Assembly (NCBI GenBank): GCA_045159875.1
Contig: CP067995.1
Coordinates: 1,824,001-1,888,000, forward strand
DNA: 64,000 nucleotides
Reading direction: 5' to 3'
From: a cyanobacterium endosymbiont of Rhopalodia gibba
GTDB lineage: Bacteria; Cyanobacteriota; Cyanobacteriia; Cyanobacteriales; Microcystaceae
Below are positions 1-10,780 of this stretch, piece after piece. The notes beneath the pieces are model-generated. The model worked only from the letters and a program-made list of their open reading frames with translations, ran no database searches and was not told where the DNA came from. Positions within the stretch are counted from its first letter, which is position 1; the number at the start of each line of letters is the position of its first letter. A program made the translations under genes and the position numbers.

Positions 1-2
1 TA

Positions 3-1424
3 ATGGTGACTTGTGCAGTTTCTTATGTGGTAGCCGAGAGTGTATCACGAGGATCTTTATACGAAGATATGCTTAAGACTAAGGGAATTTACATTAATGA
101 AGCAGCAACGGGGCAAGATTTTTTGTCTCAATTGACTGCAGCCGATGTTATGCAGTCCAAGGTAGAAAGTTTATCTAGTCATTTAACCCTTGAAGAAGTT
201 TTTCAAGCAATGTCTATATCGAGTCATCGTGGCTTTCCAGTGATGGAGAACGGCAAATTAGTAGGAATTGTCACTCAAACTGATTTGGCCAACTCAGCTC
301 AATATTCACCAGACACGTGTCTTAGGGATTTTATGACACCCCGCCCGATTACAGTTCCAGCCGATGCTTTTCTAAGTGATGTTCTCTATATACTTAATCG
401 ACACAGATTATCTCGTATTCCGGTAACAGAAGGAACAAAATTAGTAGGAATTATTACCCGCACTGATATTATTCGTGTAGAGGCTAATAAACTTGAAGGT
501 CATGATGCTCAAGGAAATGAATCCTTGCGAGAACCTTCTTATATTATCTATCAAACTCGCGCTCCAGCTATTGGAGAGGGACGCATTTTATTGCCTTTGG
601 CTAACCTAGATAGTGCAACGGCTTTGTTTCAAATTGGAGCAGCGATCGCAACTCAGAAACAATCGGAATTAGAATGTCTACAGATAATTAAAGTTCCAAA
701 ACACAGTAATCCCGCTCAAACCTTCCTCACAAATCAACCCCATCGCCAATTACTCCAACACCTGGAAAGATTAGGCCGGCATCAGCATCTTCCGGTTCAC
801 ACTCAAATTCGGGTTGCTCATAATATTGCCCAGGCTATTTTAGAAACAATCCGTGATCGCCATATTAATTTGATGATCTTGGAATGGACTGAAGACAGTC
901 GAACTCCTGGAGCAGTTTTTGGACATATAGTAGATTTTTTGATTCGTAAAGCTCCTTGTGAGTTAGTTTTAATTAAATTAGGTGATAATCATGATGTTTA
1001 TCCTTATAATTTAGATAAGGATGCTACATGGTTAATTCCTATCGCTGGAGGACCTAATGCTCAACGGGCTATGGAGTTACTCCCTGGACTAACTGGGTTA
1101 TATAGTCGTTCACGATCACCAATTATTTGGTTGTGCAAAGTATTCTCCCCCAATGGCAATTTTCCTGACTACCAAGCTTTAGAGCAAACTGCTCAAGAGT
1201 TAAAACGAACTCTTGATCGCCTTGTCATTCCTCTACCCATTCGTTCCCAGTCGGTGGCTGATGCAGTGGTTCATTTGGCAACGGACGAAACCTGTGATGT
1301 AGTCATGTTAGGGGTCAGTCGTGAGGGTCTATTAGAACAGGTAATACATGGTAATCTTCCCAAAACAATCGCTCGGCAAGTCCACAGCACCGTTATTTTA
1401 GTTCGAGATGCATTGTCAAATTAG
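3..1424 (+). CDS. ClC chloride channel family protein, C-terminal part (CBS pair plus two USP-like domains); 5' truncated by the window edge
   Basis: Last ClC helix (SVSRGSLYEDML), CBS motifs (HRGFPVMENGKLVGIVT; RIPVTEGTKLVGIITRTDI), USP-like domains (ILLPLAN; WLIPIAGGPNA). Confidence 0.88.
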   Translation: MVTCAVSYVVAESVSRGSLYEDMLKTKGIYINEAATGQDFLSQLTAADVMQSKVESLSSHLTLEEVFQAMSISSHRGFPVMENGKLVGIVTQTDLANSAQYSPDTCLRDFMTPRPITVPADAFLSDVLYILNRHRLSRIPVTEGTKLVGIITRTDIIRVEANKLEGHDAQGNESLREPSYIIYQTRAPAIGEGRILLPLANLDSATALFQIGAAIATQKQSELECLQIIKVPKHSNPAQTFLTNQPHRQLLQHLERLGRHQHLPVHTQIRVAHNIAQAILETIRDRHINLMILEWTEDSRTPGAVFGHIVDFLIRKAPCELVLIKLGDNHDVYPYNLDKDATWLIPIAGGPNAQRAMELLPGLTGLYSRSRSPIIWLCKVFSPNGNFPDYQALEQTAQELKRTLDRLVIPLPIRSQSVADAVVHLATDETCDVVMLGVSREGLLEQVIHGNLPKTIARQVHSTVILVRDALSN

Positions 1425-1610
1425 TCCACTGTAAGAAAAATCCAAAGATGGACGGAGAATCTGCCTTAAATTCACGTAAGTTAGCTCTTTTTAGGTATGG
1501 AGATGACTTAGTGAACAACCTATCCTAGGAAAAATAATTCCATGAAGAAATAATATTAGATGTTGGATCATGCAAATAATCATTTAACCTTCTTAACTCA
1601 CTATTTATTT

Positions 1611-1668
1611 TGCTACCTGGTCAATTCCTCTCCCTGGAGGACCTAATGCTCAATGGGCTATGAAGTTA
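1611..1668 (+). repeat. Diverged 58-bp direct copy of 1022..1079 (inside the ClC gene)
   Basis: tgctacctggtcaattcctctccctggaggacctaatgctcaatgggctatgaagtta vs tgctacatggttaattcctatcgctggaggacctaatgctcaacgggctatggagtta: 6 mismatches in 58. Confidence 0.9.
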
Positions 1669-1941
1669 ACTCTTTTATTAAAACTGCTTAGCTTGAGTTT
1701 ATCTAAAATTGCCATTAATCAAAAGAAAATAGACTCTTAGGTCTCTCTAAAAAAATTGGGAGTTTAATTTGAAAAACTCCGGAGCAAATAAATCCTAATA
1801 GATTGTTCAGTCAATAAAACCTTAAGTAAGGTACATTAGGCTAATTTTTTTCGTAACAATCCTAAAGTAAGTTTCGGGTGCCTTATGCCACGCACGCCAA
1901 CATATCTCAGTTTACTCTTGAAGAGTAAACTGAGATATCCT

Positions 1942-2862
1942 TCACCCTCGATGGTTGTTGTTATAGTGAATTCTCGTTCCAGCCCATTGTAGTTTTTCCC
2001 GTAAAGTTTGATAAAAAGAATAATTTTTTTGAAGAATAATAAATTTGGCCACACATTCAGCCATATGAACCCTTACCCATTGTCCTGGCCAAATCGACGT
2101 AGCTAAAGCTCCATCAGTCCACAACTTAGTATTTAATTCAAAGTCCCCCAAAGACCAAATATCTACTACAGACCGAGGGGGAATAATAATAGGACGACTG
2201 GCCAAACTTAGGGGACAAATGGGAGTAACAGCGATCGCATCCATGCCTGGATGAACAATAGGTCCATTGGCTGAAGCAGTATAACAAGTTGAACCAGTAG
2301 GAGTTGCTACCAATAACCCATCCCCTTGATATTGATCCACCACTTCTCCATCGAGTTCCAATTCTAAAACTGCTGTGGGCATCCGATCAATACTTGCGGG
2401 CTTGACACACATTTCATTGAGACAATAAAACTTTTCACTACTGGGAATTGGGTTGGTCTTATCTCCTTCAAATAAACAAGCTTCTAACATCATGCGTTGT
2501 TGTACCGCATAGCGATCCCCTAACAAACGAGCCCAAACGTTTTCTATATCCTGAAATAACTCAAAGGGTTCGGTGAGAAAGCCTAAATGTCCTCCCACAT
2601 TCACCGCCAAGATAGGAATGTTTTCTGGTGCCAATTGTCGCGCTGCGGCCAATACGGTTCCATCTCCTCCCAAAATGATGGCTAGATCAATTTTTTCGTT
2701 GACAGAAGATAAAAACACAGGGTAGGGATTGTCTTTAATACCACTAGGCCCCATCAAGACTTTACAGTTATGGGCTTCGAGTTCTCGAGCGCAGGTTTGA
2801 GCCCATGATTTACTTTGGGCATCTGCAGCTTTATGAGCAATAATTACTTGTTTAAGTTCCAC
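1942..2862 (-). CDS. nadK: NAD(+) kinase
   Basis: LGGDGT, GHLGFL, LNE and GDGLLVATPTGSTCY motifs. Confidence 0.95.
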   Translation of the reverse strand: MELKQVIIAHKAADAQSKSWAQTCARELEAHNCKVLMGPSGIKDNPYPVFLSSVNEKIDLAIILGGDGTVLAAARQLAPENIPILAVNVGGHLGFLTEPFELFQDIENVWARLLGDRYAVQQRMMLEACLFEGDKTNPIPSSEKFYCLNEMCVKPASIDRMPTAVLELELDGEVVDQYQGDGLLVATPTGSTCYTASANGPIVHPGMDAIAVTPICPLSLASRPIIIPPRSVVDIWSLGDFELNTKLWTDGALATSIWPGQWVRVHMAECVAKFIILQKNYSFYQTLREKLQWAGTRIHYNNNHRG

Positions 2863-3969
2863 GTTAGTTGAGTTTAATTGCTACTTTTTCCCTCAACTTA
2901 ACAGAGGGATTCCTAAACCTTACTTTCCCTATTATTGTATCGAATCAAGTTATCTATGAGATCACTTAGTGCATTAGACTTGCATTAATAACAGATTTTT
3001 ATTAAATAGCTTATGATGATAATAGCGGGTAAAAAGCAAAATATGTCTTTATCAGTTGTTAATAAATCAATATCTTGATTTACCTCTCTAATATTCTTGA
3101 CTTTATAGATATTTTTTGATTTTTAACCAACGGTTTTTAATGGAGTTGAAATCAAGAGAGTAAGAAAATAAAAATACGACCTTTGCTCTTATAGATTCCA
3201 TCAGTTCTTTAACTTTTTATTGTTCTATAATCCGTTAAATTATCTATGGGCACATAGGCTTCTGGCCACAGTGTGTCAGTCTCCCTGTTTTATAACTCAG
3301 AAAAGCTTCTTTATTTGATTTATTATCCCAAAGTAAAAGGGGCTAAAAAAACTGATTTAGCGGGCACTCCAATTAACGTAATATCTACTCCTGGACTATG
3401 AGGGTATTTCCCACAAACCCCTGTTCCTTCAGTTATTCCAACAAAGTGATGAGTTATGTCGAGTGCGTACTCTGGCTTTGTCAATCAAAACTGAATCTGA
3501 AAGTTTTAGTTATCCAGGTATAGTCAAATATTTTTACTCCAAAGTTTAAACCTTATCTGTACAAAACTCTAAAGCATAAAGTGTTTTTTGTGGTCAAGTT
3601 AAGTTTGTGAATAAAATAAAACATAGCAAGGACACTAACTCCAACACTTATTGTCTTATTTGAGTAAGTATATTTTGTATAGTAGCATGGTTGGTTTACA
3701 TTTTAGCAATTATTCGGCACTAATTTTTAAAAATTCTTCTCGACAACAAGACAATAGTTCTATGATTTTAATGAGAATATCTATGGAGTACAGCTTTATT
3801 TTTTGGCACAACTGACATTTTTATATTTTTTTACTTCAACCTATCCAGATAAAAATAACTATAACGCTAAAGTATTCTTTGAGTAGGACTTTTGACAAGA
3901 GGGGTAACTTCATTGCTGACCCCTAATACTATAGAATCAATAAGCTAACACTATCTTTTAATAATTTCA

Positions 3970-5088
3970 GTGCCTTACTCCATTTGTATTACCCTAGGAA
4001 CTCGTCCTGAAGCAATTAAACTTGCTCCCGTGATCAAAAAATTTCGTCAATCGCCGGCGTTTAAGACCCATGTTGTCCTTACAGGACAACATCAGGAAAT
4101 GGTGGAACAGGTGATGAAATTGTTTGAATTTGAATTGGAAGGTGATTACAATCTCAAGATTATGCAGCCACGTCAAACCCTCACTGATATTACCTGCCGC
4201 AGTTTACAAGGGTTAGAAACTATCTTTAAAGAAATCCAACCACAATTAGTCATGGTTCAAGGGGACACCACCACTGCTTTTGCAGCTACATTAGCGGCGT
4301 TTTATCAGCAGATCCCCATTGGACATGTTGAAGCGGGATTACGCACTGATAATATTTATAATCCTTTTCCTGAAGAAGCTAACCGCCGTCTAGTTTCCCA
4401 ACTTGCTCAATTACATTTTGCCCCCACTCAATTAGCTGTAGAAAATCTTAAGCGTTCAGGAGTCACAGGCGAAATTCATCTCACCGGTAATACAGTAATT
4501 GATGCCTTATTAACAGTTGCCAAGAAGCAGCAAACTTTTAACATTGAAGGGTTAGATATTAATAATTATCGATTGTTACTCACAACAGTTCACAGACGAG
4601 AAAATTGGGGTCAACCTTTACAAGATATTCTCACTAGTCTTCGTCTTATTTTAGATAAATATCCTGATACAATCTTATTATTGCCAATGCACCGCAACCC
4701 AGTAGTTAGGGAACCAATTCAAAAAGTATTAAAGGATCATCCAAGAGTTTTTCTAACTGAACCTTTAGGTTATGGAGAATTAGTCGTTGCGATTCAAAAT
4801 TGTTATCTATTATTAACAGATTCAGGCGGATTACAAGAAGAAGCCCCTAGTCTAGGTAAACCCGTTTTAGTATTAAGAGAGACTACTGAACGTCCTGAAG
4901 CTGTTGAAGCTGGAACTGCTAAGTTAGTGGGGACTAATTCTCAGAATATTTTAACAGAAGCGAGTAAATTATTAAGTAGTAAAACTGCTTATAAAAAGAT
5001 GGCTAATGCGATTAATCCTTTTGGTGATGGGAAAGCAAGTGAGCGTATTTTAGAAATCGTACAACGTTATTTAGAAGAAAAGTATTAA
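3970..5088 (+). CDS. wecB: UDP-N-acetylglucosamine 2-epimerase (non-hydrolysing)
   Basis: GTRPEAIK, QGDTTT, HVEAGLR, HRREN and DSGGLQEEAP motifs. Confidence 0.96.
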   Translation: MPYSICITLGTRPEAIKLAPVIKKFRQSPAFKTHVVLTGQHQEMVEQVMKLFEFELEGDYNLKIMQPRQTLTDITCRSLQGLETIFKEIQPQLVMVQGDTTTAFAATLAAFYQQIPIGHVEAGLRTDNIYNPFPEEANRRLVSQLAQLHFAPTQLAVENLKRSGVTGEIHLTGNTVIDALLTVAKKQQTFNIEGLDINNYRLLLTTVHRRENWGQPLQDILTSLRLILDKYPDTILLLPMHRNPVVREPIQKVLKDHPRVFLTEPLGYGELVVAIQNCYLLLTDSGGLQEEAPSLGKPVLVLRETTERPEAVEAGTAKLVGTNSQNILTEASKLLSSKTAYKKMANAINPFGDGKASERILEIVQRYLEEKY

Positions 5089-5513
5089 CGATTTTACTAA
5101 GCATTAGCTAGGAAATTATTATTAATGTTAATAGTTATTATTTTGTTCTTATTTAAGAATGAGAATATTAGCAATGACAATTATTAATATAGATTAAAGT
5201 AATAGTGTTTAATAAATAGTGAAAAGATAAATTACTTAACCATTCAGTTAGTTTATACAACATCAAATTAATATTGTTCTAACTGAGAATAAATTGATGA
5301 AGGCATCGCCGGGGAACAAACTGCTTATAAAAAATAAAAAAATAACATTATCAATTAAGATAAATTTATAAAATTGCTATGTTATTTTATTTAGCAGAAG
5401 ATATGAAAAATATAAATTACTTTTACTGTAGTACTACACAAACGTGTTAGATTATCCTTCTGATTAGAAGAGAGGTGAGAAGTGATAAAATTATCAAGTA
5501 AGTGCCATCAGTT

Positions 5514-6310
5514 ATGCTAGCATCTCATAGTTATGATTCACACCAACAATTGGTTGAGGCAATAGAAAGAAAACACAAAAAAGTATATGGAGTTTCATTT
5601 AGTTAAAATTAGTCACAATACTTTAGCTTTTTACCTAAAAAAGTAAAATAATCAAAAATTACTCATAAAATATAGGAAATATAGTAAAGTTGAGACCGCA
5701 CAAAAGTTTAAACTCTTTATAAAGAAAGATCATGATTGAACTTAAAAATAGCTCAATTATGGAGAAAATAATGTTTGTAAACAGAATAATAAGTTATAGG
5801 CGCTAGAAGTCATAAATTACTAGAGAAAACTTATGGATATCTAGAAAAGAATAAACTAAAATTAGAAAATTTTCGGACAAAACTATAATCAATATCTAAA
5901 AATAGAAGGGTTTATCTAGATAAATTTTTATTGAATAATAGAGAAAATAATCAATATTGATATTATTCTAAATAATGGAAATGTTGTCCTATGACTTGTA
6001 TTTATTTGTAGGAAGACAAAGCAAAAAATATTTATATTTTTATCTTAAAAAAGTAAAAAATTTTCGCTTTTTAAAACTATTAATTGAAAAAAATAAAGAT
6101 TGATTTAAAGTTTAGTTATCCAATTAATTATCCAAAAAATCGATTACTCTATAAAAACTAGGAGAGATCGTTAAATAATACTAATTTTCAGAAGAAACCC
6201 CCTCATAGAAATGGTAGAAAAAGCTAGAGGTAAACTATGGCAGCTCCCATCTTACCCTCCAAATGTGAACAAAATATAGAATCGGTGGTCTGTTGTAAAA
6301 ACTTTAAGCA
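5514..6310 (+). mobile_element. Heavily decayed IS630-family transposase remnant
   Basis: N-terminal MLASHSYDSHQQLVEAIE..KISHNTL resembles MPAPYSYDLRQKVIEAI..NISRNT. C-terminal IEMVEKARGKLWQLPSYPPNVNKI..RWSVVK resembles the IS630 motif LPPYSPDLNxIExxW. Many stops and frameshifts. Confidence 0.78.
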
Positions 6311-6835
6311 AATAAATATTACCTAGATTTTAAATAGCTATAGAAGAGGTAAAAAAAAAGAATATAGAAGGGGAATTATATCAAATAAAAACTCATAAAA
6401 TTTAAGAGATAGGTGTAAAGATAAATATGATTTAACTAAAGTAGTAAAATATCGTCTATTCTTGGAATACAATATAGACATAAATAAGTCTATATTGTAG
6501 GTCTGTCTATAAAATAATATAATAATATTTTTATTATTTTAAAATTTAAATAGAATAAAAAAATAGAGAATCTTACCTTATGAAATATCCAAAATTCTTA
6601 TTATTTCCTAACTTAAAACATTGATCGCTATTTTAAAACCTACTATAGACATACAGCTATTAGATACTTTCGTTCTAAAAGGGGTGCCAAAAATAAAGGT
6701 TTTTAAATAAAATAGAGCACGACAGGATACCAAATAATTAAAGTCCGCCTAATGTTTTTGCCACTTCCGAACCAACTCGTTGTTTTTATCCCTATAATCG
6801 AATCAATAATCTTGGACCACTAGACTAGAAGAGCA

Positions 6836-7345
6836 ATGTTATCCGTTCCGGTATTAACGCCCAAATATTCCTTAAAAGTTCTAGAGAGTGTTTTAGCCCT
6901 AATAATAGGAATCTTGACCATTAAAGGGACATCCCTAAACGCGATTGCCCAAACCCCATCCTCCAACAGTCCCCTGACCGTTCGCGCTGATATTCAAGAA
7001 GCCAACTCTGAAACGGGCGTTGTCACCGCTAGGGGTAATGTGCAAATTTTTTATCCCGCCCGCCAAATTCAAGGAACTGCAGCCCAAGCACAATATTTTA
7101 GTCGAGAACGTCGTCTGGTTTTAACAGGTAACGTTTACGTCTTACAAGAAGGCAATAGTATGCGGGCAGAAATTATGACTTATCTCATCGATGAAGGACG
7201 ATTTATTGCCACGCCAGAATCTAGCGAGCAAGTTGAATCTATCTATCTCGTCACTGGAAATGAAGAAGGTCCCCCTGCCCGTGCATCCGTAGCTCCTGCC
7301 CCTCCTTTAAACTCAACCCCTTTACCTCCATTCTTAAATCCCTGA
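6836..7345 (+). CDS. lptA: LptA/OstA family LPS export protein
   Basis: Signal peptide, ADIQEANSETGVVTARGNV OstA-type beta-jellyroll, directly upstream of lptB. Confidence 0.88.
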   Translation: MLSVPVLTPKYSLKVLESVLALIIGILTIKGTSLNAIAQTPSSNSPLTVRADIQEANSETGVVTARGNVQIFYPARQIQGTAAQAQYFSRERRLVLTGNVYVLQEGNSMRAEIMTYLIDEGRFIATPESSEQVESIYLVTGNEEGPPARASVAPAPPLNSTPLPPFLNP

Positions 7346-7424
7346 TCAGCAATTGATATAGTTGCAATTTTTGATAAGGTGTCTTTTTGAAATTTATAAA
7401 TTAGCGACTTTTGAGTTTAATATA

Positions 7425-8153
7425 ATGACACTCGTTTTAGATAACATTCATAAATCCTATGGAAAACGCTTTGTTGTTAATCGAGTTAACTTACAAGTAG
7501 CCCCTGGAGAGATTGTGGGACTCCTCGGTCCTAATGGAGCGGGCAAAACTACTACCTTTTATATTGCGACAGGGTTAATTCAACCCAATACGGGTAGAGT
7601 GTGGCTTCATCAACGAGACGTTACCACTTTGTCCCTCAATAAAAGAGCGCGGTTAGGAATCGGTTACATGACTCAACAAGCTAGTATTTTCCGCCATTTG
7701 AATGTTCGTGAAAACATTCACTTAGCTCTAGAACAAACTCAAGTTCCTTTTCGCCAACGGGCAAACCGTCTGCATCAACTTATGGAAGAATTTCGTCTTG
7801 AAAAAATTGCCGATACCCAAGGATCTCAAGTCTCTGGGGGGGAACGACGGCGCACAGAACTCGCTAGGGCCTTAGCCGTAGGACTCAATGGACCCGAATT
7901 TCTGTTATTAGATGAACCTTTTGCTGGGGTTGATCCGATCGCAGTTTCGGAAATTCAGACTTTAATCGCCCAATTACGTGATCGCAATATAGGTATTCTG
8001 ATTACCGACCATAATGTCCGAGAAACCCTTGCTATTACTAATCGTGCTTATATCATGCGTGACGGTCAGATTTTAGCTGCTGGTAGTGCTGAAGAACTTT
8101 ATGCCAATGATTTAGTGCGACAGTATTATCTAGGGGAAAACTTCCAATTATAA
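7425..8153 (+). CDS. lptB: LPS export ABC transporter ATP-binding protein (likely start ATG 7425)
   Basis: GPNGAGKTT, SGGERRR, LLDEPFAGVDPI, ITDHNVRETL. Confidence 0.95.
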   Translation: MTLVLDNIHKSYGKRFVVNRVNLQVAPGEIVGLLGPNGAGKTTTFYIATGLIQPNTGRVWLHQRDVTTLSLNKRARLGIGYMTQQASIFRHLNVRENIHLALEQTQVPFRQRANRLHQLMEEFRLEKIADTQGSQVSGGERRRTELARALAVGLNGPEFLLLDEPFAGVDPIAVSEIQTLIAQLRDRNIGILITDHNVRETLAITNRAYIMRDGQILAAGSAEELYANDLVRQYYLGENFQL

Positions 8154-8174
8154 CGAAAATAACTTAAAATTACC

Positions 8175-9353
8175 ATGAATATGGGGCAATTTAAATTAAA
8201 AAAGGTTAATTTGGAACTTCCTGGCTTATCCATTATGGATCGCTATCTTTTTATGGAAATTTTATTACCTTTTCTCTTTGGAATGGGGATTTTTACCTCA
8301 TTAGGCATTGCGATCGGAACTTTATTTGATCTGGTGCGCCGTGTCACAGAATCGGGTTTATTGCTTACGGTAGCCCTAAAAATCCTGGCGTTGAAAATGC
8401 CTGGGTTTGTTGTTTTGGCTTTTCCAATGGCCATGTTATTGGCAGCTCTAATGGCTTATAGTCGTCTATCGAGCGATAGTGAATTAATTGCCATGAGAAG
8501 TTTAGGGGTCAGTATTTACCGCTTAGTAATTCCTTCCGTGTTATTTAGCTTAATAGTGACAGTATGTGCCTTTGTAGTGAATGATTGGATTGCCCCAGTA
8601 GCCACTCACGAAGCGGCTGTTACCCTAGAAAAAGCTATTAACCAAGAACGCCCTAATTTTACAGAACGAAATATTGTTTATCCCGAATACCGTACTCTTG
8701 AACAGGAAGATGGGAAAGAAGCAACTATTTTAAGTCGTCTATTCTATGCGGAAGAATTTAATGGGAAACAAATGCGAGGACTGACGATCCTTGATCGTAC
8801 CCAAGAAGGGGTGAACCAAATTGTCACGTCTCAGTCAGCAACATGGAATATTTTGACTAATACCTGGGATTTTTTCAACGGAACAATTTACTTAATTGCC
8901 CCTGATGGTTCCTATCGTAATATTGTCCGGTTTCAACATCAGCAATTGGCTTTACCCCGCGCCCCTTTAGATTTAGCAAATCGTCGTCAAAACTTTACAG
9001 AAATGAGTATTCGTGAGACTAAAGAATATTTAGAAGTTATGAAACTTAGTGGTAATGAAAAACGGGTTCGTAAGGTACAAGTTCGCATCCAAGAAAAGTA
9101 TGCTCTTCCTTTTGTGTGCGTAGTGTTTGGGTTAGTGGGAGCAGCGATAGGAGTTAGACCGCAGAATACCAATCGAGCCACTAGTTTTGGAATTTGTGTT
9201 GGGTTAATTTTTGGATATTATCTTCTTTCTTTTGTTACTAGTTCTTTAGGAATTTGGGGAATTTTTACTCCGTTTCTAGCAGCTTGGACTCCCAATATTT
9301 TAGGACTGAGTGCCGGAGGATTATTACTAGTGCAATCAGCCCGTCTAAGATAG
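8175..9353 (+). CDS. LptF/LptG family LPS export permease
   Basis: MDRY..EI, RLSSDSELIAMRSLGVS, six-TM layout, in operon with lptAB. Confidence 0.92.
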   Translation: MNMGQFKLKKVNLELPGLSIMDRYLFMEILLPFLFGMGIFTSLGIAIGTLFDLVRRVTESGLLLTVALKILALKMPGFVVLAFPMAMLLAALMAYSRLSSDSELIAMRSLGVSIYRLVIPSVLFSLIVTVCAFVVNDWIAPVATHEAAVTLEKAINQERPNFTERNIVYPEYRTLEQEDGKEATILSRLFYAEEFNGKQMRGLTILDRTQEGVNQIVTSQSATWNILTNTWDFFNGTIYLIAPDGSYRNIVRFQHQQLALPRAPLDLANRRQNFTEMSIRETKEYLEVMKLSGNEKRVRKVQVRIQEKYALPFVCVVFGLVGAAIGVRPQNTNRATSFGICVGLIFGYYLLSFVTSSLGIWGIFTPFLAAWTPNILGLSAGGLLLVQSARLR

Positions 9354-9773
9354 TTAAAATAGAAAAAAATAGGATATTTAATATTGTTATTAAAGAAAAA
9401 AATAGTGAAGTTTAAAAAGTTTCTTTCCCTTTAGAAGGAGAAACTTTCTAAAAAAATCTTACTTATAGAAAATAATTGCAGATGCCATCAGAGGAAAAAG
9501 AGATAAGTTCTTTCATAAAGAAATAAAAAATGTTTGCTAATTCACTCTCCATAATTAAACTTAGCACCAAAAATATTAGTATTAAGATTAGTATATGAGG
9601 CTTAATTTAATAAGTTTTTTAAAAAACAATTAAGTAATTTAAGATTTAACTTATTTATATCTTTTTAAACTTTTTCTAACTTTTAGGGAAGGGGTTGTAA
9701 TCGTATTTAACTTAAATTAGAGCTATTTACTTAAACAGGTTTAAATCAATAACTAACAGTATTTAATTTGCAA

Positions 9774-10751
9774 TTAAATATTGTTAGCTTGAAAAAGATG
9801 ACCAATTACTTCTTCTAGAGGAGGGTCAGTCACATTAAGATCAATCACTTCAAATCGATCTAAAATATGAGTAATCATAGTGATTAAATTTTCCTGTTTA
9901 ACTAAAAACTTAACTACTTGTCCATCAACGGTTTCAACGTTCTCATAACTAGCTAATTGATCAGTTGAAATAGAGTCAGCTAATTCTACATTTACCTGTC
10001 GATAAGGAGCGAATCTAGTGCAAATTTTCTCTAAATCTCCATCGTAAATTAATCGTCCTTGATGAATCAATAAAACCCGTTTACATAAAGCTGTAATATC
10101 AGCCATATAATGACTGGTTAACAGAATTGTTGCTTGATACTGCCGATTATAATCCCGTAAAAATTTCCTAATCGCAGCTTGAGCATTAACATCTAATCCT
10201 AAAGTCGGTTCATCTAAAAATAATACTTGGGGATAATGTAAAAGAGCGGCTAATAATTCAGCTTTCATCCGTTCTCCTAAAGAAAGTTTACGGACAGGCT
10301 GGGTTAATTTCTCTTCAATTGATAGCATTTGAGACAATTCTTTTAGTCGTTGTTTAAAAATTTTGTCTGGAATTTTATAGACTGCTCCGTTAATCCTTAA
10401 TGAATCTAGTGTAGGTAAATCCCATAATAATTGTTGTTTTTGTCCCATCACTAAACTAGTTTTTTGCAGAAACTGGGGTTGACGACGAAAGGGAATATAC
10501 CCCGCAATTCTTACTTTTCCTTCTGAAGGATGAATTAGTCCAGTAAGCATCTTTAGGGTAGTGGTTTTCCCTGCACCATTAGCTCCAAGAAACCCAACTA
10601 TTTCCCCAGGTTCAATGGTGAATGAGATATCTTTGACAGCTTCTACTTGTCGGTAAGTTCGATTAAAAAAATGGGATAATGTCCCTTTAATTCCAGGCTT
10701 TTTAATAGGAATAGAGTAGATTTTGCCAAGATTTTCGACAATGATTGACAT
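9774..10751 (-). CDS. ABC transporter ATP-binding protein (ABC-2 exporter type)
   Basis: GANGAGKTT, LSLGERMKAEL, FLDEPTLGLD, TSHYM. Confidence 0.92.
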   Translation of the reverse strand: MSIIVENLGKIYSIPIKKPGIKGTLSHFFNRTYRQVEAVKDISFTIEPGEIVGFLGANGAGKTTTLKMLTGLIHPSEGKVRIAGYIPFRRQPQFLQKTSLVMGQKQQLLWDLPTLDSLRINGAVYKIPDKIFKQRLKELSQMLSIEEKLTQPVRKLSLGERMKAELLAALLHYPQVLFLDEPTLGLDVNAQAAIRKFLRDYNRQYQATILLTSHYMADITALCKRVLLIHQGRLIYDGDLEKICTRFAPYRQVNVELADSISTDQLASYENVETVDGQVVKFLVKQENLITMITHILDRFEVIDLNVTDPPLEEVIGHLFQANNI

Positions 10752-10780
10752 TATGCTTAAAATTGATAATTGTTAGATTT

